This document shows, piece after piece, positions 10,562 to 22,550 of a stretch of 64,000 nucleotides of DNA; position 1 is the stretch's first letter, and each line of letters opens with the position of its first letter. Under the pieces are notes generated by a model that searched no databases, was not told the origin of the DNA, and worked only from the letters and a program-made list of their open reading frames with translations. The position numbers and the translations under genes are program-made. Source of the stretch: Pirellulales bacterium (GTDB lineage Bacteria; Planctomycetota; Planctomycetia; Pirellulales; PNKZ01); assembly GCA_049840675.1 (NCBI GenBank), contig JASGKB010000014.1, positions 190,330 through 254,329 of the forward strand, given 5' to 3'.

Positions 10562-11573
10562 CACCGAGGCCGACGCCGCCGACAATTCGACCGGCGCCGC
10601 GGCCGTGAATTGCTCGTGGTGCGGTTCCGCGGACCTTGCACGAGCATGGTCGGGGCCCGAACCGCGAGATTTTCAGGTGCGGGCCTGCAAAAGCTGCGGC
10701 CATCACTTCACCGTGCCGATTCTCGGTCCGGATCAGATCGGCGCGTACTACGCCGAAGAGTATTACGGCACGCGCAACAAGCGTTTCAATCCGCTGATGG
10801 AGGCGCCTGTCGGTTGGTTTCGGCGTCGTCGAGCCAAACGGCTCGGCACGTTCGGGCCCATCGGTAAAGTGCTCGACGTCGGTTGCGGACGCGGGCTCAC
10901 GCTCAACGCCCTGCGCAAGCTCGGCTGGCAAACCAAGGGTTGTGAGTTTAGCGCCACGTCGGCCCGCTATGCTCGCGAAGTGCTAAACCTCGACGTTGCC
11001 TGCGAAGGATTTTCGCCGGCGAGCTATGGCGACGACGAGTTCGACGCCGTCATTCTTTGGCACGTGTTGGAGCATCTCTCCAACGCGCGCGAAGCATTGG
11101 AAACCTGTGCTCGCATCGTGAAGCCCGGCGGAGTGTTGGTGATCGCCGTACCGAACTTCGAATCGTATCAGGCTCAGTGGACTCGCTACGGCTGGTTCCA
11201 TTTGGATATGCCGCGGCACTACCAGCACTACTCCGCTTCGTGGCTGCGCGAGCGGTTCGATGAGCTGGGTTTCGACATTCGTTCCGAAGGGCATGCATCC
11301 GGCGAACAAAATCCGTACGGTTGGATTCAGAGCATTCTCAATTGTTGGGGGCTCGCACGAAATCTGCTTTACGACATGCTGCGGAACGAATCGGCCCGCA
11401 CGGTGAAGCACCCGTGGCGACAATTGCCGGGCCAGGCGTTGGCCAGCGCCGTCGGGCTCGTCGTGCTGTTGCCGTTTTCTTTGGCCATGCTCGCGGCCGA
11501 GTCATTCGGTCGCCGCGGTGCGACGGTCGAGTTCTACGCGGTGAAACGTTCGGCGGCGAACTCTACCCAATAA
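10551..11573 (+). CDS. Class I SAM-dependent methyltransferase with N-terminal CxxC...CxxC
   Basis: GAGGAG then GTG at 10551. CSWC...[27 protein letters not shown]. Confidence 0.85.
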   Translation: MATSTEADAADNSTGAAAVNCSWCGSADLARAWSGPEPRDFQVRACKSCGHHFTVPILGPDQIGAYYAEEYYGTRNKRFNPLMEAPVGWFRRRRAKRLGTFGPIGKVLDVGCGRGLTLNALRKLGWQTKGCEFSATSARYAREVLNLDVACEGFSPASYGDDEFDAVILWHVLEHLSNAREALETCARIVKPGGVLVIAVPNFESYQAQWTRYGWFHLDMPRHYQHYSASWLRERFDELGFDIRSEGHASGEQNPYGWIQSILNCWGLARNLLYDMLRNESARTVKHPWRQLPGQALASAVGLVVLLPFSLAMLAAESFGRRGATVEFYAVKRSAANSTQ

Positions 11574-11588
11574 GCCAAGCGACTTGCG

Positions 11589-13261
11589 ATGAGCACCGTC
11601 GAGACTGCGGCGCCGTCCGATCCGAGCGTCCCGCCGCGTCTCGCCTGATGCCGGTCCGTCGCCTCGGACGTCGGCGTTTCTCGCGCTGGCGATCACACTT
11701 GGTCTCTCGCTTTGGAACTTAGGCTTCTATCCGTTCTGGGGCGATGAAGCCGATACGGTCATATTTGCGCGAGGCGTCTGGGAAACCGGCGATACCAGCA
11801 CCTTCTACGGCGACAACCTCTACGCCTATCGCAACGGCACGTTGCTCGAACACCTAAAGAATCGGGCGACGCCGCCGGCTTCGTATTATTTCGTCGCTCC
11901 GATGTGGGGCCTGTCGGGCGACAACCGATTTGCGTTACGGCTGCCGTTTGCGCTGTGCGGCATGGCCGTGGTTGCAATCGTCGCAAGGTGGCTGGTCTTG
12001 GCCGGCGTGCGACGTTGGACGATCGCCTGGGTGTTGCTGGCTCTGGCCTTGAACGTCTCGTTCTTGCTCTTCGGGCGACAGTGTCGATACTTTGTGCTCG
12101 CCACGCTGCTCACTACCGCCGGCGGTTTCGCTTATTGGTATTTCGACGGCTCGCGCTTCCGGCTGATTTTGCTGACAACGTGTCTCTGCCTTTTGGCGGC
12201 GACGCACTACTTGCACTTTGCCGCGGCGGCTGCGGCGCTCGTCGTGGATTACGCGTTCTTTCGGCGGCGCGAAACGCAGCTCACCGTCGCACAATGGGGG
12301 GCGTCGTCGTTCCGACGCTGTGCGTGGTCGTGGCTTTGGCCGTGGTCTTCAATCCGCTTGGTAAGCATTCGGCCGTCGAAACGCCCGTCCCCGGCATCCG
12401 CAAGCCGGCTTCCTCGTTGAAAAGGCGAAGCTCCTGTGGTGGTCGCTGCGTGATTTGAACGCTTGCGAATTCGGCGTCGGGCTCGTGTTGGCCGTGGCCC
12501 CGCTTGTTTTTGCGTGGCGGCGAAGTTGGGGATCGCTGCGGCTGTGGATCGCTTGTGCGATCTACATCGTCGTGACGACGATTCTCTCGCCGCAGCCGAT
12601 CGCGAAAACGCTCGTTGCGGACGTGCGATATTTGGCTCCGTTGATTCCGGCACTGGTCGCGTTGACGATTCTCACGTTCGATCGTCTGGGGGGCGGTCGT
12701 GAGATCGTCGTCGTGCCGTTGGCGGCGCTCTGCGTGCTGTCGAACGTCGCTCATAAGCCGTGGGATCGCGACGCTTGGCGTTCGACCGTGGCCGAGTATG
12801 CCCGTGAATTGAATAAGCCGCGGTACGTGGGAACGGCGGCGCTCGCCGATTGGCTGAAGGCCAACTCTCGACCGGGCGAAACGGCGTGGATTACTCCCGG
12901 CGAATATACGGCTGAGCAGATCGTGGCGTCGCCGCATGTGATCTACGGTTGGCAACTCGAGAATCCGCGGCGCGAGGCCGACTATGCCGACGTGAATCCG
13001 GTGCTCTTCGCCGGCGGGGAAGGCGTCGACTACGTCATCGTGCTCGGCTTCGGCAACGTCGAAGATTTAGTGCTCGACCACGTGAAGAAGAACGTATTGC
13101 CCAAACTCGCCGAGCGCGGTTTCGTCTACGAGCAGGTCGCCTACCTGCCTCAGTACTTCGATAGCCGCACTCGTCCGGAGCTGCTTTGGCACTGGTTCCG
13201 CGACCTGCCGTATGATAAGACGAATCGCGGCATCACCATTTTCAAACTCAAGCGTTCGTAA
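11589..13261 (+). CDS. Multi-pass membrane glycosyltransferase (GT-C/ArnT/PMT-like); several frameshifts
   Basis: A TM helix followed by FWGDEADT (WxDE motif), LRLPF, RQCRYF, DVRY, many hydrophobic segments across frames. Start is approximate. Confidence 0.65.
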
Positions 13262-13264
13262 CGA

Positions 13265-13888
13265 ATGTCCGTACCCGCAGCGTCGCCGCAAAACTCCGAT
13301 ACGACTTACCCTCCGGCCGTCGCTTGGATCGCCGCCGCGGTGTTCGGCGTCGGTGCGGGAACCGTTGCGGCCGTACTTCAACGTTGGTTCGCGCCGATCG
13401 GCGTGTTTCCCTTGGCGATCGGTGCGATCGCCGGCTTTGCGATCGGCGGCGTCTGGGCCGGGCGCGGCGGCGGCATGATGCGTTCGGTCGTGGTGAGCGG
13501 ATTTCTCGGCGGCCTGCTCTGCCTGTTGACGTTACACGCGGGGAGTTATTTTCTCGCAGAACGCGAGGCCGCGGTGCGACGTGCCAAGGTTCAAGAAGAA
13601 ATGATGAAACTTGCACCCGAACCGGGGCAGGTGTTTCAACCGTTGGAAGGTCGCCGCAGCTTCCCGACTTACGTCGCCGAGCAATGGTATATCGGCCGTC
13701 CGCTGGGGCCGCGATATATCAAAGGTTGGGTGCTGATCGCATGGTGGATCGGCGATGCGGTGCTGATTCTCGTCGCGGCGACGATGGCCGCCGTGGGAGT
13801 CGGCAAGCCGCGACTTCCGCCGAACCGATCTGCGACGGACGCCGCAGATCGTGAGAATGCCTTTGCCCAATCGAGGCCCGGCGCGTGA
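13265..13888 (+). CDS. Hypothetical membrane protein (about 4 TM segments)
   Basis: 207-aa ORF with hydrophobic segments. GTGA overlap with acpS. Confidence 0.65.
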   Translation: MSVPAASPQNSDTTYPPAVAWIAAAVFGVGAGTVAAVLQRWFAPIGVFPLAIGAIAGFAIGGVWAGRGGGMMRSVVVSGFLGGLLCLLTLHAGSYFLAEREAAVRRAKVQEEMMKLAPEPGQVFQPLEGRRSFPTYVAEQWYIGRPLGPRYIKGWVLIAWWIGDAVLILVAATMAAVGVGKPRLPPNRSATDAADRENAFAQSRPGA

Positions 13889-14292
13889 ACGTCATCGGCA
13901 TCGGCAGCGAATTGGTCGAGTGCTTACGCGTGGCGCGAATGATCGAGCGGCACGGCGAGCTATTCATCAATCGCGTCTACACCGCGGCCGAAATCAAATT
14001 CTGCAACAGCCGTAAACATGCTACGCAGCACTTTGCCGGACGTTGGGCGGCGAAAGAGGCGGTGATGCGAGCGCTCGGCGTGCGGAGCCGCAAAGGCTTC
14101 GATTGGCGCGACGTCGAGATTCGTCGTGACAAGAGCGGCCGGCTGACGGCGGCGTTTCGCGGTGCGGCCCGCGATCTGATCGAGCAATGGAACGTCGGTG
14201 ATATTCACCTGACAATCGCCCATTGTCGAGCCGTAGCGACCGCTACGGCGCTCGTGCTGGCGCGGCCGGTGAAACGCGACGAAGGCGAATAG
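13885..14292 (+). CDS. acpS: Holo-[acyl-carrier-protein] synthase
   Basis: GIGSELVE, RVYT..E, FAGRWAAKEAVMRALG, HLTIAH. Confidence 0.9.
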   Translation: MNVIGIGSELVECLRVARMIERHGELFINRVYTAAEIKFCNSRKHATQHFAGRWAAKEAVMRALGVRSRKGFDWRDVEIRRDKSGRLTAAFRGAARDLIEQWNVGDIHLTIAHCRAVATATALVLARPVKRDEGE

Positions 14293-14307
14293 GGCGATCG
14301 TCGCCGA

Positions 14308-17047
14308 CTATTCTTCCGCCCCCTTTTTCTTCTTCCCCTTCTTCGCTCCGCCGGCGGCTTTTTTCGCCGGGCGTTTCTTCTTCACGCTCGGGCCTGCCGC
14401 GGCGCGGGCCGCCAAGAGAGGCAACGCCATTTCGAGCGTAGCGTCTTCGATGCCGGTGTCTTTCGGCAGCGAGGCGTTGGTCGTGCCGTCCGTGACGTAC
14501 GGTCCGTAGCGGCCTTCAAAGAGCTTTACCGGTTGTTTGGTGACCGGCGATTCGCCGAGCACTTTCAGCGGTTCGCGCACGGCGCCGAAGCCCCGTTCTT
14601 GCGCCTTGGGTTGGGCGAGCAGTTCCAGCGCTTCGCTCGAGCGTGACTTCAAGCGGCGACATCGTCGACGGCAAGCTGCGCGTGTCGTCCCCGGCTTTCA
14701 CGTAGGGGCCGAAGCGGCCGTTGTACACGGTGATCTTTTGCTCGTCGGCCTCGCGGACGCCGAGTACCCGCGGCAGCGAGAGCAGCTTGAGCGCCACTTC
14801 GAGCGTGATGTCTTCCGGCTTCATCCCCTTGAGCAGCGACGCATTCTTCTTGTCTTCGTCGTCGGCTTCGCCCAGTTGGACGTACGGGCCGAATCGCCCG
14901 ACCTTCAGATAGACCGGCTGGCTGGTTTCCGGCGAATATCCGAGCGGCTCTTCGGCAACGGAAGCTTGCGCCAGCAGATTCACGGCCGTGTCGAGCGTCA
15001 ACTCGTCCGGGGCCATCGTGTCGGGAATGCTGGCGCGTTTCGGAGTTTCGTCGCTCCCTTGTTGCACGAACGGTCCGTATCGGCCCACGCGCACGAAGAT
15101 CGGCTGATCGCTTCCTTCGGGAGTGCCCAACTGAGTGCGGCACGCTTCGCGGGCGTCGATCTCGTCGGCCTTGCCGGTCACCTTTTGCTTCAGTCCGGCG
15201 TCGCCGTTCGACTTATCGTCACCGTGGTAGAAGTCGCGGAGATAATCGATCTGCCCGCGCTCGCCGCGGCTCACGGCGTCGAGGTCTTCTTCCATTTGCG
15301 CGGTGAAGCCGTAATCGACGAGCGTCGGCAGGTGACTCGTGAGCAACTTCGCGACGGCCATCGCCGTCCAAGTGGGCACCAGCGCATTGCCCTTCTTGTA
15401 GACATAGTCGCGGGCCAGGATCGTCTCGATGATCGAGGCGTACGTGCTCGGGCGGCCGATGCCGAGTTCTTCCAGGCTCTTGGTCAGCGTGGCTTCGTTG
15501 AACCGGGCCGGCGGCTGCGTTTGGTGGACCTTCGCCAGCAGTTCCTTGACGTCGAGCGCTTCGCCGACGTTGACCGCCGGAAGTACCTTCTCGCGGTCGG
15601 CGAGTTCGGCGGCCGGATCGTCGGACCCTTCGACGTAGGCCCGCAGGTAGCCGGCGAAGTCGATCGTCTTGCCGCTCACGGTGAACACGGCCCCGTCTCC
15701 TTCGACGGTGATCGTGATCCGGCGGCCGGTGCTGTCGGCCATCTGGCTGGCGATCGTTCGCTTCCAGATCATTTCGTAGAGGCGATACTGCTCGTCGTTC
15801 AATTCGCCGCGCAGCGTCGTAGGAAGCGTAAACGGATGCCCGGCCGGACGAATGGCTTCGTGCGCTTCCTGTGCGTTCTTCACCTTGGTGGAGTACACGC
15901 GGGGCGCGTCCGGCAGGTATTCCTTGCCGTACTCGGAGAGCACCAAGTCGCGGGCCGCCTCGACCGCCACGTTGGCGAGGTTCGTCGAGTCGGTACGCAT
16001 GTAAGTGATGTAGCCGTTTTCGTACAGGCTCTGAGCAACCTGCATCGTGCGCTTGGCGGTGAAGCCGAGCTTACGGTTGGCTTCTTGTTGCAAAGTGCTG
16101 GTCGTAAAAGGCGCGTACGGCCGCGACGTGTACGGCTTGTCGTCGAGCGCGGTGACCTTGAAAGTCGCCTTTTCGAGCCGCTCGCGCATGCGCGCCGCAG
16201 CAGCTTCGTCCATCTGCAGGAAGCGTTCGTCTTTGAGCTTGCCCGTGGAGGCATCGAAGTCTTTGGCCGCCGGAATTCGGCGACCGTCAATGCTCACCAA
16301 CTCGGCTTCAAACGGCTGATTCCGGCTCGCTTCGCGGGCTGCGAACGTGCCGGTGAGGTCCCAATACACGGCCGAGCGGAACCGCATCCGCTCGTTTTCG
16401 CGATCGACGATCATCCGCACGGCCACGCTTTGCACGCGTCCGGCCGATAGCCGGGGCCGAACCTTCTTCCACAGCAGCGGCGACACTTCATAGCCGTAAA
16501 GTCGGTCGATGATCCGTCGCGCTTCCTGGGCCTTCACCAAGTTTTCGTCGATGTCTCGCGGGTGTTCCAGCGCTGCGTGAATCGCCTCTTCCGTGATCTC
16601 GTGAAACACAAGCCGCTTCACGGGAATCTTCGGCTGCAAAATCTCCTGCAGGTGCCAACTGATGGCTTCCCCTTCGCGGTCTTCGTCCGTCGCCAGATAG
16701 AGTTCGTCGGCCGTCTTTACTAAACCCTTCAGCTTGCGAACATGCTCCGATTTATCGGGCGGAATCACATAGATGGGTTGGAACTCGTCTTCGACGTTCA
16801 CCCCCAAGTTGGCCCACTTTTCCCCTTTGTATTGCGCAGGAATTTGCTTCGCCCCTTGGGGCAAATCGCGCACGTGGCCGATGCTCGCTTCAATGACGAA
16901 ATCGCGCCCGAGAAACTTGCCGATGGTCCGGGCTTTGGCCGGTGATTCGACGATCACCAGCGCCTTGCCGGAGGCCGAACCTGCGGATGCCGAGCCTGAG
17001 GACTTGGCCGACTTCTTCGCCGAGGCTTTCGCGGCTTTCTTCGCCAT
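14308..17047 (-). CDS. topA: DNA topoisomerase I with C-terminal Toprim_C repeats; frameshift near 14640
   Basis: LVIVESPAKA, ATDEDREGE, SAGRVQS, YITYMRTDS, QEAHEAIRP, GIGRPSTYA, repeated GRF/YGPYV, basic tail. Confidence 0.97.
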
Positions 17048-17326
17048 GTGACGTTTACTGACTTAGGGCTTGTGGGAACGAGCGGAGGAGCGTCGGGAAC
17101 CCCCTTTTGGCATTGCATTTACGACGACCAAACCTAAAATCACGGCCGTCGCGGTTTCCCGCCGTTGATGCTCACTGTTACCCTTGGGTTCCCCCCGCTG
17201 TCAAGGGTTCCTGCGCCCGTCGTGCGCCCGGCTCGACGTCTCGCGGCCCTCGCTTTTCCCGAGACGGAATTCGTTCTTCTCGCGGCAAAGGCAGCGCTCC
17301 TCAGCCGACAAAAGGATTTCGGTTCG

Positions 17327-19824
17327 ATGGCCAATCCGTTTTCGATTTTCCGCAAGTACCAGAAGGTCATGATGGCCACGGTGACGTTGCTGGCCATTCT
17401 GGCGTTCGTGTTTTTCGACAACGTGTCGCCGCAGGGCTATCGCGGTAACAGCGCCGATCCGGTGGTCGTCGAGTCGGACTATTTCAAGCTGAAGGAATCG
17501 GACCTCGGCCGCGCCATTCGGCAGCGTTTGTTGGTTCATCAGGTGCTGACCCGTGCCGCTTCCACGATGCGCATGGCTCAAGAACTGCAACGCATTCAGC
17601 AGCAATTTCAAGGAATTGATCCGAGCTTTCTGGAAGAACAGAAGGGGATGATCGAAGCGCGGATCGCCCAGCAAACGCACGCCGACGTCGTGAACTTCAT
17701 CGGTTCGGCCGACGAGCGTTCCGTGGTTCGCACGATGGCCTTGGCGGAAACGGCCAAGCGGATGGGCGTGCAAGTCTCGAACGAGCGCGTCGAAGGGTTT
17801 ATCTTCGGCCTCGTGCCCGGGCTGTCGAAGCAGCAGTTCGTGCAGATTCTTCAAGGCATTTCGCAGCTTTCGCTGAACGACCTGTACGACGCTTTCCGCC
17901 GCGAATTGTTGGCGGAATCCCTGCGTTACGTTCTCGCCTCAAATTCGGCCTCGGCCTCGACTCCGGTCGATCGCTGGAACTACTTCCAACGTAAGAATCT
18001 GCGAGCTTCCGTCGAAGTGTTGCCGGTTCGTACGGCCGACATCATCAAGGCCGGCAAGGTCGCCGAGCCGACCGATGGCGAGTTGAAGGCGTACTACGCG
18101 TTGTACGAGTTTCTTGAGCCGGTGCCGGGTTCGCCGACGCCGGGCTTTAAGATTCCGCAAAAGGCGGCGTTCCAATATTTCAGCGCGGACGAAGCCAAGT
18201 TCTACGCTCCGGAAAAGATCACGGCCGAGGAAATTGCGGCCCACTACGAAGCCAATAAATCGCGATATCCCTACACGGTGGAAGATTTCGCCGAGCCGGC
18301 CGCTCCGAAGCCGAATGAAGCCAAAACGGAAGCTAAGCCCGTAGAAATGCCGGCCGCCGATAAACCTGCTGCTGAGAAGCCGGAAGACAAGAAGGCTGCG
18401 GAAAGCAAGCCTGCAGAATCGAAACCGACGGTCGTGTCGCCCGATTGCGGCGAAGCCACGGACGACGGTCTGAGCGACGAGTTTTCGGCAAGCGATTGCG
18501 CCGACGAGCCGGCCAAGCCCGCCGATGGCAAGGACGAAAAGAAGGCCGAAGAGAAGAAGCCGGAAGATAAGAAGGCTGACGACAAGAAATCGGAAGAGAA
18601 AAAGCCGGAAGTGAAAGAGACGCCGAAGCCGGCCGCCTCGCCGAGCCCCACGGCCACCGCCGCCGCTCCGGCTGCAACACCCGTTGCAACTCCGACCGCA
18701 ACCGGGACCGCAGCTCCTACGGCAACCGGCACCATCGCTCCTGCCGTGACTGCGCCGGTGCTGCCGCCGCTTCCTTTGCCGAGTGAAGATATTTTGCTGC
18801 CGGAAGACGTGCGCACCGGTAAGAACCCGCAATACGATCCGCTGTGGCGCGTGGAAGACAAGATTCGCCAAGAGTTGGCCGATGCGGCGGCCCGCAAGGC
18901 GATTCAAGATGCCTTCAGCAAGCTTCGCGAAAAGATGAACGATCTGACCGTGGCCCTGGTCACGAGCGATCAGAGCGACAAATTCAGCGTTTCCAACGAG
19001 ACGTTCAGCGCCTTGGCGAAGGACTATCCGGGGATTGAAGCCAAGAGCACGGACCTTTTGGATCGGAACCAAGCGATCGCCATCGCCGACGAGCCGGGCC
19101 TATTTCATTCGACGGTCAACGGTGCGCCGTTCGTGCAAATGGAATACTCGGGCAACATGACGTATTCTCCGCGCGATGCCCAGGAAATTCCGGTAGCGCC
19201 AGGCCCGGGAGCGCCGCGTCCGCCGACAAGTCGACGGCCAAAACGGTGCACTATTTGTATTGGAAGACGAAGAACGAAGCGGCGCGTGTTCCGAAGCTTG
19301 AGGAGATCAAGAACGAAGTGAAGTTTGCGTGGCAAACCGAGAAGGCGCGCCCGCTGGCTCGTGAAGAAGCGGCCGCCCTCGTCAAGAAGGCTCGGGAAAC
19401 TCCCAAGCCGCTCTCGCAGGTGTTCCCCGACCGGGGCGTCGAACGAACTAATTCGTTTACGTTTTACGAAACGGATCTATCGGGCTCGTTCGGACGACAA
19501 ACGCCGCGCGAGCTAAGCAAAGTGGACGGCGTGCAGGATGCCGGTGCCGAATTTATGCAGGCCGTGTTCGCGCTAGATGCCGGTCAATTCGCCACCGCGA
19601 TGAACAATCCGGAGAACATCTGTTACGTGATTCACGCGGTCACGGTGGAGCCGTCTCGCGAGCAATTGATGCGCGATTTTGCCATCGACCACTTCGAGAC
19701 CTACGTCCAATTCGGAGTTGCCGACGCCCAACGCCTTTCTGACGAGGCGACTGAGGCGCTTCTGTCCGAAGCCCATATTCACTGGCTTCGCGAATGGAAA
19801 GAGCCGACGGCGTTCGAACAATAA
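17327..19824 (+). CDS. Large membrane-anchored hypothetical protein, possibly PpiD/SurA-like, with a low-complexity insert; frameshift near 19230
   Basis: N-terminal FRK..TM anchor, AKRMGVQVSNERV (SurA_N-like), and K/E/D-rich and A/P/T-rich linkers. Continues in ORF 19246..19824. Confidence 0.6.
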
Positions 19825-19954
19825 GGCGCTTCGCTGCGCCAGTCGAACGCCGCAGGCATCAACTCACCTACGTGATCGGTACGCGGGCGACTGATTAAGA
19901 CGTGGCCGCAGTCGCCGAGACTACGTCGTAGGCGAACCGAGCGCCTGAAGCCGG

Positions 19955-22170
19955 CTACTTTCGCTCCGGCTTGAACACGCACAGGGACAGCGGCGGCAGG
20001 ACCACTTCGATCGAATACGGTCGACCGTGCCAGGGGATTTGCTCCGCCTGCACGCCCATGCCGTTGCCGACGTTGGAGCCGCCGTAATATTCGCTGTCGC
20101 TGTTAAGCACTTCTTGGTAGTAGCCGAGCTTCGGCACGCCGATGCGGTGGTTCGTCCGCGGCACCGGCGTGAAGTTGCAGGCCGTGAGTAGGAACTCGTC
20201 GGGGTTCTTGCCCTTGCGCAAGAAGGCCAGCACGCTTTCTTCCCAATTGTGGCAATCGACCCACTCGAAGCCGTGGTGATCGAAGTCCTGCTCGTAGAGC
20301 GCAGGTTGGCTCGTGAGCAGTTTGTTCAAGTCCGCCACGTAACGTTGCAGGCCTTGGTGCGAGTCCCACTGCAGCAGATGCCACTGCAGGCTCGTCTCAT
20401 AGTTCCATTCGTTCCATTGCCCGAACTCGCCTCCCATGAACGTCAGCTTCTTGCCGGGATGCGTCCACATGTAGCCGAAGAGCAGCCGCATGTTGGCGAA
20501 CTTTTGCCACAGATCGCCCGGCACTTGGTCCATGAGCGAACCTTTGCCGTGAACCACTTCGTCGTGCGAGAGCGGGAGCACGAAGTTTTCCGTGAAGGCG
20601 TAAATCAGGCTGAAGGTCAGTTCGTCGTGGTGATACTTCCGATGAATCGGCTCGTGCCCCATGTACTTGCGGGTGTCGTTCATCCAGCCCATGTTCCACT
20701 TCAGGCTGAAACCGAGGCCGCCGATGTACGTGGGGCGCGAAACGTTGGGCCACGCCGTCGATTCTTCGGCCACGGTGATCGTGCCCGGGAATTGCGTGTG
20801 GGTTTGTACGTTCAATTCGCGGAGGAAGTCTAAGGCCTCGAGGTTTTCGCGCCCGCCGAAGCAGTTGGGCTCCCAATCGCCGGCTTCACGGCTGTAGTCG
20901 AGATAGATCATGGATGCCACGGCGTCGACCCGCAGGCCGTCGATGTGGTACTTGTCCATCCAGAAGAGCGCGTTCGACACGAGGAAGTTGCGCACCTCGT
21001 GACGCCCGTAGTTGAAGATGAGCGTGCCCCAGTCGCGATGCTCGCCCTTGCGCGGGTCTTCGTGTTCGTAGAGGTGCGAGCCGTCGAAGTAGGCCAGGCC
21101 GTGGCCGTCTTTCGGGAAGTGGGCCGGCACCCAATCGAGCACGACGCCGATGCCGTTCTGATGGGCATGGTCGACGAAGTACATGAAGTCTTCCGGCTTG
21201 CCGTAGCGGGCCGTCGGCGCGAAGTAGCCGACCTGCTGGTAGCCCCAGCTTCCCGTGAACGGATGCTCGCTCACCGGCATCAATTCGATGTGCGTGTAGC
21301 CCATCTCTTTGACGTAGGCCACGAGATCGTGCGCGAGTTCGCGATACGTCATCCACCGGTTGGGATCGTCGCCGGGACGTTTCCAACTGCCGAGATGCAC
21401 TTCGTAGAACGACATCGGAGCGTCGAGCGCAGTTGCGCTTCACGCGCTCGCCGAGCCAGTTGCCGTCGTTCCATTGATACTTGGAGAGATCGACGACCTT
21501 CGAGGCGGTCTTCGGCGGGCACTCGGCGCCGAATCCGTACGGGTCGCATTTCTCCGCTTGGAACGAGCCGTTCTTCACGCGGTATTTGTAATGCGTCCCT
21601 TCGGCGAGGCCCGGAATGAAAAGTTCCCAGACGCCGCTGGGAATGTGCTTCCGCATCGGGTGGCGACGGTCGTCCCACTTGTTGAAATCGCCGACGACGC
21701 TGACGCTCGTGGCGTTCGGCGCCCAAACGGCGAAGTTGACGCCCTTCACGCCGTCGACCGTGCGAAACTGCCGCGCCGAGCTTTTCATAGCTCTGCCAAT
21801 GCGTTCCTTCGCCCAGCAAATAGAGATCGTAGTCCGAGAGCAGGGGAGAAAACGCGTAGGGGTCGTGCATCGTGGTTCGCTCACCTCGTTCCGAAGCTAC
21901 TTGCAGGCGATAAGCGGGCGTTTGTCCGGCTTCATCAAGCGGACAAATCGCCTCGTACAATCCGGCCGGATGGATCCGACGCATGGCATGCGTCGTGTTT
22001 TGCGCGTCGTCCAAGACCCAGGCTCGTTGCGATTGGGGGAAAAACGCTCGGACGGCGACCGCCTTACGCCCCTCGTGTTCCACAAGGTGCGGCCCCAGCA
22101 GACGTCGGGGGTCTTCCAGGCGGCCTTCGACTAAGCGTCCAATCGTTTCCAACGAAGTTTGGGTTCGCAC
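19955..22170 (-). CDS. glgB: 1,4-alpha-glucan branching enzyme; frameshifts near 21770 and 21425
   Basis: [63 protein letters not shown]. Confidence 0.97.
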
Positions 22171-22425
22171 GCGCGTTCCTTCGGCTGCTCGTGATTGTGC
22201 TTCTGGTAACTGGGGGCGTCTAGGAGGCCGCGGGAGGTTCTAATGCCTTTTCGGGCGAATCTCCTTCCGGCCTCAGGTTTTGCCCCAGGTTTCGGGCTGT
22301 GCGGGACGTCCGGAAGTTACTTGATTTCGGCGGAAAACCGCACCTATCGACAAGCAATTTCCCGGCTGAGCGAAAAGTGATCCGTTTGCGGCGCGTTCGA
22401 GCCGCAAAGCCGACGTGTCCGCGGA

Positions 22426-22549
22426 AAATGACCAATGACCAAGCGCCAAGTTCCAAACAAACATCGAATGACCGAATCCGCACGGCGGCCGGTTTGGTCA
22501 TTTCAAGATTCGAATTTGTTTGGTCATTGGTGCGTGGTCATTGGAATTT
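22426..22549. repeat. Imperfect inverted repeat of about 120 bp built from 7-bp units (AATGACC family)
   Basis: Left arm AATGACC AATGACC AAGCGCC AAGTTCC AAACAAA. Reverse complement of the right arm AAATTCC AATGACC ACGCACC AATGACC AAACAAA. Confidence 0.8.
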
Positions 22550-22550
22550 A

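Noticed and set aside
14537..16450. 637-aa plus-strand ORF and similar long antisense ORFs (e.g. 38518-39987, 28094-29473, 40051-41259)
   Set aside because: Shadow frames opposite well-supported genes, expected in high-GC DNA, with no recognisable motifs.
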